A stretch of DNA of 57,477 nucleotides, filler included, from Sphacelaria rigidula (taxonomy: Eukaryota): NCBI GenBank assembly GCA_964200075.2. It is 5 parts of 5 records of this genome, joined end to end, with 100 filler letters (N's around TTAATTAATTAA, not from the genome) between each part and the next. Parts side by side here need not be neighbours in the genome. Positions count along the whole stretch, not along the records: positions 1 to 11,417 come from CAXNAA020004940.1; 4 more parts are not named here. The stretch is one strand, 5' to 3'. The position numbers were made by a program, and so were the translations under genes. This document shows, piece by piece, positions 1 through 11,517 of this stretch (positions within the stretch are counted from its first letter, which is position 1; each line of letters opens with the position of its first letter). Under the pieces are notes generated by a model. That model was given only the letters and a program-made list of their open reading frames with translations, ran no database searches and had not been told where the DNA came from.

Positions 1-822
1 TAAAAAAATGACTCACTTAAAGCGAATGATTAAAGCCACTCTCAATCGTATCATCTACTCTGAATCTCACGAAAACCCTGTCTACAGTATTTTCACATGC
101 CGCTTCTTGTAGGCTGAAAAAAATATCTGAGAAAAGTCGTTTTGGTCCGTCTCCAGAGACTTTTTTCAAAACGCTACCACCTTATAGGGCAGGGGTATAT
201 CAGGATCGGAAATGACTAACCCCAACCCCCTACGAACCCCCTTTTTGGGCCCGATTTTTTTCACAAAAACACGTACATTTCTGTTGAATTCGTATGTTGC
301 CGCTATGTGCCGCGTTCGTCTTGAGACTTGGTCTTGAGGTGCCAAACACGTTCGTGCGATTGGAAGGCGACATTAACAGTGTGTGTGCACGATAAATAAA
401 CGTGTAGGGGCACAGCGGGGTGGGGGGGTAATATCGCGCTCACCCGAGTCACTTTCGACGAACGCAGTCGAACGTTTTTTGCCGGGACTTGTGCCACTTA
501 GTTGCAATCCATCTTGCACTGTTATATATGTTTGAAGGCGTAAGCAGCAAGCATGGTTCGCGACCTTTGCTTGGCAATCTTCTTGTGCTGACCGCCGTGA
601 AGGTAGCGGTTGCTACAACCGAGCCGAAACTTGTCTGACCAGTGGTCACTTTGGACTGTGGTGATCGCAGTCGACAATGGTATGGAGCGTGCGAGCCTTG
701 GTGTAAACTGCTGCATAATAGTGTAGTGTTGATCGTCAGGATGCGCTCATCGGCAAGCAGAAAGACTACTACGCGAGCAAAATCCAAACACTGCTGTGCA
801 TTGTACATTCGCAAATAAGCTA

Positions 823-1043
823 CCGTAGTTGTGCGAGTCATCGCACATCCCCTGGGCCGAATTTCAAAGCTGGATTACTCCATGACGGAGAGGGTGCCAA
901 TACCAAACGACACGTTTTCGGACAGCTATCGACAAGATCTTTCCAGCGTCACCCTTTTCAGAACTGATGCTCTTCTTATTGTGGAGTAATCGAGCTTTGA
1001 AATTCGCGGTTCAGGGGGTGTGCGATGACTCACACAAGTACGG
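823..1043. mobile_element. Tc1/mariner-type MITE
   Basis: ~60-bp TIRs (CCGTAGTTGTGCGAGTCATCGCACA... / ...TGTGCGATGACTCACACAAGTACGG) with TA on both sides. Confidence 0.85.
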
Positions 1044-2316
1044 TATCTTGGAAACTCTGTGTGGAATACGCCACCCTCACCACTATCTACATATATGTGT
1101 GCTCACTTCGTGCTGTAGTTTTCCCTGACAAAATGTGGGTCGAGCGTGCATATATTGCGCATAAACTCGCGATATTTGATATCACCTACGGGATTACAGC
1201 GGCGTTTTTAAGCGCAGAGCGGTATAAAGATGAGGCATGAATAACCGGCAACTTACTCAACTGTGCCGAAAGTAAGTACATATCGTACGTTACGGTACAG
1301 ATTCCTTCCTTTCTAAACTCTAACTGTATTGCATCATACCATGCCATTAGTCGTGTGTGTGCGCAAGCCGGGTTTTACCCCCAAACAGGTATCATCGCGT
1401 CAGTTGTGCCGCCGCAGTTTTATATTTCATTAGATTGACGCCCATGTCAGGTTCATGTAATAATACAACAGGCGTGCATGTGTTTTCAGCAAAGAGATGG
1501 CCCTTTGAAAGTGAAGTTGTGAGAAGACAAATTTGCTTGCCTGATGGGAGCATAACTCGAGATACATCCGTACTTTTGATCGTGTGCTAGCAGCAACACC
1601 CCCATGGTCTTGAGCGCAAAGCAGCACGGCAGCAGTAGTCACTGACCAGGCCTAGCGCAAGGCGATTCGCGAGATGTCGTGCAATCAGCTCGTCAATAGC
1701 CTGTGTGCAGCCGAGATCCGAAACATCGTGGGCCTCAGCGAGATCGCCATGTTGTGCCTCCTCACGTTGATTGTGATGGAAAGCAACCCTAGGCAGCAGT
1801 ACAGTGTGACTTTTTGGCAGCCTTCATCATTATACGAGCAGGCTTACTCACGCCTACAGTAGAGAGATGGAGCACACTCTGATAGTGGTGATAGTGATGA
1901 CAGCGATGATGTACTATGATCTGTCCTTCGCGTTTTTCTATCCAAGAATGCAGCGCCCAACAACGGACAGGCAGTCCGCTCGCCGCGCCTTTCTTCTTGC
2001 CGACTTTGAACGGCTTGCTGCACTGCGACTGCACACAATATACTTTTTTTCGAACCTGAACGTACAGGATAGTCAGTGCAACCATGCGACGTGACAGTAT
2101 GCAGTACCGTACGAGACAGGCAGCAAGACAACATTGCATCCATGCATCAACACCTTGGAGCTTGACGGTGAACGAACAAGTACTGAAAAGGGTTGTCGTA
2201 CGAGGTAATGATGGCGTACCATGTTTATTGGGAGCCTGCGGCGGTCAGTACCCTGCATGCGGCACGGGCACCCCTGTGGAATCAATACACCATATCCTCA
2301 AAGTCTAAGTCTGGTA

Positions 2317-3455
2317 CGAGCTGGGCCAGCCTAAAACGGATTTAAACTCTAAAAGCAATATCTCATCGACACAGACGAGATGGGCCGTGATCCGCATATC
2401 GTATTGATCGTCTAAGCAAGGGGAAGGTACACATCTGCTCAAAATATTGGGCCCATACCTTCTCGTTAATTAAACCCCATGTCTAGTAATTTCTATACCT
2501 AACGGAGACAGCGTCCATACTTAAATCTCTATGAACTCCCCGATCGATGCATTCAGCGGATGACGACGAATTTTGGTGTGGACATGCTCTGGAGCAAGGG
2601 GAGACGATAGATACCCTGACCTTCACCTAATACGTGATCTACCCCGAGATATGGCGCACATAAGTTTTCAAATTAAAATCTATATATTACGAGCAGAGGC
2701 ACTAGATTCCCTAAATCTGGATTTTTGCGTCACATTGTTTTAGATTTGTTCCATAACATTTCGTGTGGTGAACCGCTAGTGCATGCAAAAATAAAGACAG
2801 CTTGCTACCTTTTTTTCTCTTTTTTCTTTTTTTCCCGTGTTTTAGTGGAGTTTTGAGGGGAAATGAACATTTTTCTTGGCCTTATCTCAATGTTTTACTC
2901 AATTGCTAAAATTTTGATTTGAAAGTTAGCATGGAGAACCACAAAACTGTACCGAATAAAAAAAATGGGCATTCATTTTTTTATTTTTTTCATAGAGGTT
3001 AGGGCGTTCTCGTGAAGAAATAGTCTTCACCATACTAGAACGTCCTAAACCAGTGAAAAAAATAATTGAAGAAAACTGACCCACTGAGTGTTGTTAATTA
3101 TGCCTTAGAGAGCGCCCACACGAAATTTCAATACACAAGCGTGGGCCCATGAGTGGCCTTCGAAATACTGTTCCGAACTTCTACCGATCGGGTTCTTAAA
3201 AGGCCCATGCTCACCCCAATATTTAGAGTTGGAGCGTAAAATTTGGTACCGACAATGCATGGGGCACGAAAAAAAAATACGTCGGTACCAATTTTTTTTT
3301 TTTTATGTTCTAAGGGCATTTTACTGATACCTGATAACTGATTATTGCACTTAACTCTTGAAAAAGAAAACTCTTGGTACCGTCCTAATTTCCTTTTCAA
3401 TGGGGTGAGCAAACCCATGTAAACTTCAAATCCGCCTCTAGGCTGGCCCAGCTCG
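2317..3455. mobile_element. Non-autonomous Tc1/mariner-type TIR element (1.14 kb)
   Basis: TIRs CGAGCTGGGCCAGCCT... / ...AGGCTGGCCCAGCTCG with TA on both sides; homologous copy in the opposite orientation at 53187-54627. Confidence 0.88.
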
Positions 3456-4854
3456 TATGGAGTCTGAACTAGTGCATACATGAGTGTGCGATGATGCTGT
3501 CATATAACAGTTTTCTACCTTCCCAACGGTCGGGCACTCACAACTTGAAGTTTTTCCCCCCGGGAGGGATGGGGATGAACCGGAAATTAGGGGTTGAAAT
3601 CGTACCCGCTAGTACACCGTTTTTATCAACGGCGCGCGCGCGGGGGGGGGGGGCATTGGTGCCCGACATTCCAGTCCATTGGCCCCCTGCCTGCGGTTGG
3701 CTGATTTGAGGGTTTCGCGCCCGCGCTGGTTCAAGCAACGCTATTTTGGGGCAATAGTGGTGGCAATGTACACATCGTTTTCATGTTCCTTCACATGTGG
3801 CATGATGAGCACTACTCCTTTTCAGCCGTGATTCATTGCTCCCACGACTATACTCGGAAAATGAGGGGCGACTCAGAGTTGACGCATACGACCAAATTCA
3901 AAAAAATTCTCAGAGTCGAGTATAGTGACTAATTTCGGGAAATGACGACGACTCAGAGTCAACGCCGAAGACTAAATGCGACAAGCGACAACGACGATAA
4001 CTCGTTCGACTCAGAGTCGCCGTGGATATCTGCGTGGAACACGTTTGACACGAATAGGAGAATGTTTTTTATGGGCCGAGATTACGCAACAGGAGTAAGT
4101 GAAAACACTTGAATTGAAAACAATGGCAGGAAATGGCGAGAGGTGGAGCCATAGATGATTGATTCACTAATAATGGATAAAAAAATGGTCAAGGGGATAT
4201 TTTTCGTGGGCGAAGATGATTGAACAAGAACGGGTGGAAACACTTGGATACGATGCCAGGCCATGGCGACAGGGCGAGTAATAGATGATGATTGAATATA
4301 ATGGTTTCGAAAATGGGTATCTGCACGAGCTGTGCCAGCCAAGAGTAGCTATTGGCGACCAGACAGTCACGCGTAGCTCAAGTTCAGCAGTCGAAAGCTG
4401 GAATTTCAACACGGGACTTACATTCTCAAGACGCGGAACACATCAACAGCAGCAACAAAAACGTGACAGGCTGGCCACGCTTATCACCCAAAATTGTGCC
4501 ATCACCAAATGTCTCCCGCAATGTGAACTGGACCGGCCAAGGCTCCGCCGTCACAATCCACAGGACACGCGCGGCTCAGTTTTTCGAATTTCGGGTCAAA
4601 ATTTTGACACGAGAGAAACAACCCTCAAGCCTACCGTGCTACCGTCATCCATTTTTTTGTTTCAATCTCAATTCGGGCAATTCAATTTTTGGGGAAATTT
4701 CAAATCCCCATTAGTGAGCGAGATGAACACAACATATGGTTAGACGGGGGTGAGAGGGTAGGTCTGTGCGGTTTCCTTCGTGCGAGAGGTTTCACTCCGA
4801 GATTCGATAAATTGAGCCACGCATCGTGGCTCAAGTGTCTTCGCGTGAAAAAGG

Positions 4855-5060
4855 TGCCGCGGTGGTACACTTATACCAGATTGTCACCGTGAGGGTGAAG
4901 AGAAGGTGGTTTCGATTATCCCAAGATGGGTTTCTTTTTTCTTCCGGATACATGATTCCCTCTGTCGAAAGCGTGACGACGCGAGGAGAGATGAGACTAT
5001 CCTTTGAGATCGTGGGCTCGACCCGAGGAAGGAGAAGGGTTTAGAGTGCGACAAAAAAAA
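4855..5060 (+). mobile_element. SINE, internally deleted variant
   Basis: Degenerate head (GGTTTCGATT) joined to the 3' body via GTGACGACGCGAGGAGAGATG; A tail. Confidence 0.65.
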
Positions 5061-5062
5061 TG

Positions 5063-5665
5063 TGTGCCGATAATATACTAGGCTAAGTACAGCACGTGTC
5101 CAAATATTCGGCAGGGAGAAAGTGCCGGCGATACTGCTCATTATGATGGCTATGACGGGACGATGAACTATCTTGACGTCTGCGCAGCGTGAGGTTATCC
5201 ACTAGATCGGCGGTGTCCGCATGCACGAGTCCCACACCCCCACCAGATGCCTTGCATTGTCTGTCCTACAGGTAGCACTCCCTTGGCTGCTGTGCCCCCT
5301 TCCTGAAAAGTGTTATGAGGGGACCTTTATGGTGCCGAACACGGCGCAACATACTTCCGTGAGTTGCAGACAGGGATGGCGCGCTGCAGAGATTAGTGCG
5401 GACGATTTTCCTAGTACTACGACATCATAAGACAACAGGGCTCTCACAACGATGTTGTTCGGAAAGGAGGCGCGGCAGCCAAGTGGCTGGTTGCGACGTG
5501 TAGTACGGAAAGTACAACGCACCTGATGAAAGTATGAGATTCGCGCATGCTGACACCGCCGACCCAACTGGTAACCTCACGGTGCGCAGACGTTGAGATA
5601 TTTCGTCGTCCCGTTGGCGAATATTTGGGCGCGAGCTGTACTTAGCCTGTGACATTTTCGGCACA
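5063..5665. mobile_element. Foldback/MITE with long inverted arms
   Basis: 5063-~5260 is the imperfect reverse complement of ~5510-5665 (e.g. GACGTCTGCGCAGCGTGAGGTTA / TAACCTCACGGTGCGCAGACGT; AGGCTAAGTACAGC / GCTGTACTTAGCCT). Confidence 0.8.
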
Positions 5666-5705
5666 TGAGCTTCTTTTTTTTGTCACCCACTATCGGCGCA
5701 CGGCC

Positions 5706-5810
5706 TTTTTTTTTTTTTTCACACTCTTAACCCTTCCCCCTCCTCGGGACGAGTCCGTGGCCTCAAGGGATCAACCCATCTCTCCTCGCGTCTTCACGTT
5801 TTCGACTGTG
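5706..5810 (-). mobile_element. SINE 3' fragment, internally deleted variant
   Basis: Poly-T followed by the reverse complement of the SINE 3' end, with the same deletion junction as 4855-5060. Confidence 0.65.
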
Positions 5811-6165
5811 TAAATCATTATCCCCACCCCATTTCCACATACTTGGAATCGCGATGATCTCCATCAAGTCTTCAATATCTAATCCAAAACAAAATTGAAA
5901 ATGATTACCATGGGATCGATTCATTTTCCCAAGCCGGGGTATTTCGCCGATGCGGGGTTTTGACGTCGTCGGATTTCCATTCATGACACACCAAAGACCC
6001 AGGAAGTTTCCCCCAATCTCTGTCGTAGGAAGCTCAGACCGTCCTCAAATGTGGCAATTCCGCAGGTATTGGTGCTCCAAATGAGAAAAAAAGTGTACTG
6101 TTGACAAGATCTCAAAGTTTCTCCGCTCTTGAGACCCACTTCACTCGGAGCCTTTCAAACAGCCT

Positions 6166-6497
6166 GTTGAAAACTGCCTTTTGGGCCCTTGTCCGTCGTT
6201 CTACACCCGAAAAAGAAGGCTTGACGGATGTTGACACCTTGGAATGACCTGCTCCACTCGTTGCCACCGTTCCTGCGCAACTTTGCATTTTCCACTGAGC
6301 CAGTATTTCGATCACCTGATCGCTTTTTATTGCAAATGTAAGTTTGGCCGAAAACAAAACTACGGCCAGCGAGAAACGCAAAGCTACCTTGGATTGGTCT
6401 GAACGGGTAGAGCAAGTAATTTCAAGGAGTCAACATCCGCTTAGCTCTCTTTTCGGGCGTAAAACGACGGAGAAGGACCCAAGGGGCAGTTATCAAC
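6166..6497. mobile_element. Foldback MITE (TTGACACCTTGGAATGAC family)
   Basis: ~95-bp imperfect inverted arms; same family at 22495-22870. Confidence 0.72.
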
Positions 6498-6565
6498 TGG
6501 GTTTTTGAATGGCCCCTACAAGAGGTGACCTTGCTGGTGAAGATCCCCGGAAGGCGGTACAGGAT

Positions 6566-6897
6566 GCCTCAAAATAGTGGTGTACTGGTTTGCCTGTCGC
6601 CATTCGGGTGGAGAGAAAGAGGGTTCGAATCCCGATGCGTCGCGTTTTTTCTTCGTAATGTATGAATTCCACCGGGGAAAGCGTGAGAACGTGAGTAAAC
6701 AAAACGTAGTCGACTGAGTTTGTTTGACGAGAGTTGACGTGGTGTGGGAGTGCTGATAGTCATGACCCAATCCGCGAGACCAAAATGCAAGGCGTGCACC
6801 GGGCAGAGACGGGTTGATCCCTCGAAGCCACGAACTCGTCCCGAGGAAGGGGAGGGGTTCAAAGTGCGACAAACAAACGAATGAAATAAAAAGAAAA
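6566..6897 (+). mobile_element. tRNA-derived SINE, full length
   Basis: A-box-like TAGTGGTGTACTGG, B-box GGTTCGAATCCC, conserved body (GAAAGCGTGAGAACGTGAGTA...CCCGAGGAAGGGGAGGG), A-rich tail; at least 8 copies in the window. Confidence 0.8.
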
Positions 6898-7142
6898 TAC
6901 GTCGCGGGCAGTCCAAGGAACATACGCAGAAAGTTTGGTTGCAAAACTCGAGAAGCTCATGCAGTTTTTCTCAACATACCCAAAAGAACAAATCATACTA
7001 AAATCAAGTAGTTGGGCGTTTGCGCGTTTCCAGCTCACTTTACCACACAATTTTTCAGAACTTCACGCCGTTTAGCCGTTAGGCCATGAAATTTTGCACA
7101 CACGTACAATGGTCATCACAAAAACTTTCGATGGATAATTTT

Positions 7143-8256
7143 TAGGGCAGGTCGAGTAGAGTATACTCAGTACTCAGTATTTTCGAAGAGTCATACTTTT
7201 CGCACTCAAAATTTGAGCAGAGTATTTGAAGCCGTACTCGACCTACTCATAATTTGAGTAAAATATTTGAGACCGTACTCGACCTGGTCAAGATTTGAGT
7301 AGAGTATTGGAGGTCGTACTCGATCTACTCAAATTTTGAGAAAGTATTGGAGGCCGTACTCGACCCACCCAAAATTTGAGTAGAGTATTTGAGGCCGTAC
7401 TCGACCTACTCAAAATTGGAGTAGAGGATTTGAGGCCGCACTCGACCTACTCAAAATTGGAGTAGAGGATTTGAGGTCGTACTCTATCTATCCAAACTTT
7501 GAGACGAGGATTTGGGATCATACCCAGTCTACCCGAAAGTTGGGTAGAGTATCTGAGGCCGATTGGGTCCATCGCTGACTCTCTCATGGAGGAATCACAT
7601 GTGCGGCCAGAGTCGCTCATTTTAACATTACCTACCCAACATCCCGTCTACTCGATTACTCAATGATAATAAGTAGCGCTCTGTACTGAAAATGATATCG
7701 AAGGGGTTGAGAGGTATCAAGTATGTACTGCCATTGAAGGGGGCAGGCGAGGTGGAGCAGGTAGGTTCATTCGCTTATACTCTTTGTAGCCCGTGACGTA
7801 CCGCCACTCATCTAATTGGTGGCCATCGTTCGCGCATGTATTCAACATAGTCTGTGAAGTGACGTCACGAAGTCGCCGACGGTCACGGTTGCTCATCATA
7901 CCCAAGTGATACTCTATATTCAAGTATTACTCAGAGCGCTTACACAATATTTGAGTAGAGTACTTGAGACCATACTCAACCTACTCAAAATTTGAGGAGA
8001 GTATTGAGGTCATGCCCAAGTGATAACTCTATACTCGAGTATTACTGAGAGCGCTTACTCAATATTTGAGTAGAGTAGTGGAGGTCGTACTCAATCTACT
8101 CAACATTCGAGTAGAGTATTTGAGGCCGAACTCAACCTACTCAAAATTTGAGTAGTATTTGAGGTCGTAGTCGACCTACTCGGAATTTGAGAAGAGTAAA
8201 TACTCGGGTATTTTGTTCGAGTACTCAAAAGTACATACTCTACTCAAACTGCCCTT
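7143..8256. mobile_element. TIR element with internal arrays of a ~41-bp partly palindromic repeat
   Basis: Ends AGGGCAGGTCGAGTAGAGTAT / ATACTCTACTCAAACTGCCCT; unit TACTCGACCTACTCAAAATTTGAGTAGAGTATTTGAGGCCG repeated about 9 times at ~7200-7560 and about 5 times at ~7945-8200. Confidence 0.75.
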
Positions 8257-8400
8257 GGATAAACTGTTTTTTTTTATTCTTTACCGGTTTTCAGTGGTCC
8301 CACGGGGTCCAACGTCCCCCCAAAAGGCCAACGAGAACCCCTGGAATCCCCGAAAACCTGTGAAACAACGAGTGAAAAAAACGTCGTCCGTCGAAAGTTT

Positions 8401-9455
8401 CACACATCGGACGGATCACTTTCCATAGGATGCGGGTCATACTGCTCAAGTGTGAACACACCTGTGTTCCCGATTCGGGTGATACAGTGCAATTAGTTAT
8501 GGAACGGTCCTCGTTATCCGGATATCATCGATCAGGAGGGAGGTATCTTGTATGGGTTATGAGGATACATAGGGTCTTCTTGACGTTGCGTGTACACCAG
8601 ATTCGGATAACGTAGGTGTGCCCAAGGAGATCATGTACGATACTTGGGTCATACAGATCGTCATCAGACGTATACGTACGAACCACACGGGTCATACAGA
8701 TCATCATCAGACGGATATTTACGAATCGCACGGGTAGTACAGGTCAGGTGAGGATTACTGTATACTTTTTATTGTATACTTCATTCGGATGCGCCGACAG
8801 AGCACATCTTCGGGAAGAATATGCAGCCCTACGGTGGAACCACTCGGAATAAAATATACGTTTTTAATGTACCATATGCCCGGGTTGCCACAGCCAATGT
8901 CCGGACTTGTGAACATGCATTTTACCCGGGCCATATAGGTGGACAGGTGAGGGAGCTGAATACTGTTTTCTTGTATACTTGATCCAGATCCACCTCTACC
9001 CCTCGGATTGTCGGCAATCGACCGGCGTCCCTCATGTAAGGCGAGTTGAACACCCTCTTGCATCCTTGATCCGGATCTTACGGGTGTGCGCAAGGGTTTT
9101 TTGTGTACTGTGCTAGATTCGGATTCCACAGGTGAGGAGTAGCTTTTGGTGTACATGAGCTTCAAATCGCACGGGTCGACGACAAGCTACTGCGCTTGCC
9201 TGACCTGAGTGATATGAAGGACAACTATGTGATGTTTTTTAGATGACACGGGTCTGCAGATCAGTTGAGCACGAAAATGTGTGTGTGAAGCGGGTCGTGC
9301 AGCTCGTTGCTCGGCAAACATGCACGGGTTAAGCGGGTCCTACGGATCAGCATCGAACAAACGTGTACGGGTGACAGCTCACCTCGGACGGATCATGATC
9401 TATGCCCCAAATGAGCTTTCCCGGATCTGTCACGAGCTGATCCGTCCGACGTGTG
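8401..9455. mobile_element. Non-autonomous hAT-type (8-bp TSD) DNA transposon
   Basis: TIRs CACACATCGGACGGATCA / TGATCCGTCCGACGTGTG flanked by the exact 8-bp duplication GAAAGTTT (8393-8400 and 9456-9463); many subterminal GATC/CGGGTC motifs. Confidence 0.88.
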
Positions 9456-10734
9456 GAAAGTTTTATCATGACCCGTAGCACACTTGTGCAAAATGTCATG
9501 GTCTATCTCCTAATAACGGCGTGAAGGTTCGCCGATGAATATTTTTACAGTGGTTCGAAATTTCAGCCAAAAATGAATAGTTTCATAAGTCCATGAAAAA
9601 ACAAAACACAGGGGTCGCTTCAGTCAACAATATTTTACTCTCGTGCAAAAGATACCTGTAACATTGCGGCTCAGAACTCCTGCAACTGAGCTACACTTGC
9701 AACGTTTTGTGTGACACCGCTGTGTCCCGGCAATGTGATATGGGAGACTCCACTTCTGGAGATCACGACTTCAAATCCCTGCAGATACTTTTTTTTGACA
9801 GGATATAGTTCCGTAGTTGAGGGCGCGTATAATCCAGTACATGATTAGTTTTGTTTTGCAGGCAAGCATGCATCACCAGCTTAGTCTGTTGCTTACAGCA
9901 TTATACTTACCTAAGGTTGGTTCGGGAAACTGAAAAAAAAAAAGTTGCATTATGGCGTATGCACATTTTTCAGGTGGCCCAGCTCGTTAACGAACAGTTT
10001 CCATCATAGATCGATGAAAAATTGTACTGGGCCGATATTGCAGAGAAGGAATAGGTGCGCAAGCACTTGGCTAAAGTACCACATATCGTCGACGAGAAAA
10101 CACAATAGAGAGTAGAATCGTGGGTCAACAGCAGAAACCAGCAGAAAACTACGCTATTGGAAGGGGATTCATGCAACTTAATTTGGAAAATCAGGGACGA
10201 CTTAGAGACGACTCCTACGACTGCATCGGAAAAGTGCGTAACGACGACTCAAAGTCTACTCCCACGATTCATTTCCAAGATTGACGACGACTAATCCAAC
10301 GACTAAGACTCCCACGACTCAGAGTCGCAGGTGTCGAACGTGTGAATATTTATCGGTGAGCTATTCGCTGCCGGATGCGTTGTAATTGAGAGGTGATGAT
10401 TACACAAAGGGCGTTCGTTTTTTTGTGTTTCTATGAACCGCTGGTGGTTTTAGAGCGTAAGCACACCCGAAAGTTGTTCGAAGTTTCAGTCGGTGACAAA
10501 ATAGTACTCGTCTGATTTGAATGATCGATTGTCACACAATCAACTTATCCCCGAGGGACCCAGTGGTGGTCACCAGATGGAGGTAGTCAAGGTAAACGAA
10601 ACGGAATCGCTCGCTTCAAAAGGAAGTGTGTGAGGGGGGAAATTAGGAGATAACACACCGAGTAAACTGAAGAACAAGAGCGGCAGCAAGAGAAGAAAAA
10701 TCAAAAACAAGGAACACGCAAAAAGAGAAGACAT

Positions 10735-11035
10735 GCGCCCTGGTGGTGTAATGGTACAACTGTCGCCATCAGGGTGAAGAGAAGGGGGGTTCGATTCCCG
10801 ATGCGTTGGGTGTTTTCTTAGTATGATTTCCACCGTGGAAAGCGTGAGAACGTGAGTATACAAAGTAGTCGACTGGATTTGGGTGACGTGAGTTGACGCG
10901 GTGCGGAAGTGCTGACCCATTCCTCGAGACCAAAATGAAAGGCGGGTACCGGGGGAGAAATGGGTTGACCCCTTGAGACCACGGACCCATTCCGAGGAAG
11001 GGGGGAGGGTTTCAAAGTGTGAGGAAAAAACAAAA
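10735..11035 (+). mobile_element. tRNA-derived SINE, full length
   Basis: TGGTGTAATGG (A box), GGTTCGATTCCC (B box), same body and A tail as 6566-6897. Confidence 0.82.
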
Positions 11036-11039
11036 TGGC

Positions 11040-11335
11040 CCACCACTTTATGAGTTTTAATTTATTGCTTTGCCACATGGGCAATTCTCCATCTACTACT
11101 TTCTCCTCCACTCGACTGCTGGTATACCTCTCTCTCTTCTTTCTGGCAGGTCCAGACCCCCCACCCGAAATCGTAGTTCCATTTTTTTTCGCGGAGTCCA
11201 TTTGGCCGTGCAGATATGTTACCATTCCTATCCCCTCTATCAATCCGCCGTGATTCTTCTGGTGCTCTTTCTTGTCTAGCTTCCGTCTTAGCATTTCCTT
11301 TTTCCTGATTTTCATCATGTCTCTTTCTCTCGTCT
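11040..11335 (-). mobile_element. LINE ORF2 C-terminal remnant
   Basis: EGIGMVTYLHGQMDSAK...RYTSSRVEE, homologous to 35608-36530; frameshifted. Confidence 0.65.
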
Positions 11336-11339
11336 GGTA

Positions 11340-11374
<35 letters not shown>

Positions 11375-11417
11375 TGCAGCCCCCACCGGGCGCGGGAAAA
11401 AAGGAAGAGAGATACAA

Positions 11418-11517
11418 NNNNNNNNNNNNNNNNNNNNNNNNNNNNNNNNNNNNNNNNNNNNTTAATTAATTAANNNNNNNNNNNNNNNNNNNNNNNNNNN
11501 NNNNNNNNNNNNNNNNN
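11418..11517. other. Artificial contig-joining linker (N44-TTAATTAATTAA-N44)
   Basis: Identical 100-bp spacer at all four gaps; TTAATTAATTAA puts stop codons in all six frames. Confidence 0.97.

Noticed and set aside
5500..5560. Hammerhead ribozyme (CTGATGA near GAAA)
   Set aside because: GAAA precedes CTGATGA without the required stems; the motif is part of a foldback arm.
7200..8200. Palindromic ~41-bp repeats as a CRISPR array
   Set aside because: Units are contiguous without unique spacers, lie inside a TIR element, and there are no cas genes; the context is eukaryotic.
10735..10812. Functional tRNA gene
   Set aside because: A and B boxes are present but there is no proper cloverleaf or anticodon arm, and it is fused to a multi-copy SINE body.
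11462..11473. TTAATTAATTAA as a piggyBac/Kolobok TSD or biological motif
   Set aside because: It is embedded in N runs identically four times, so it is a synthetic linker.
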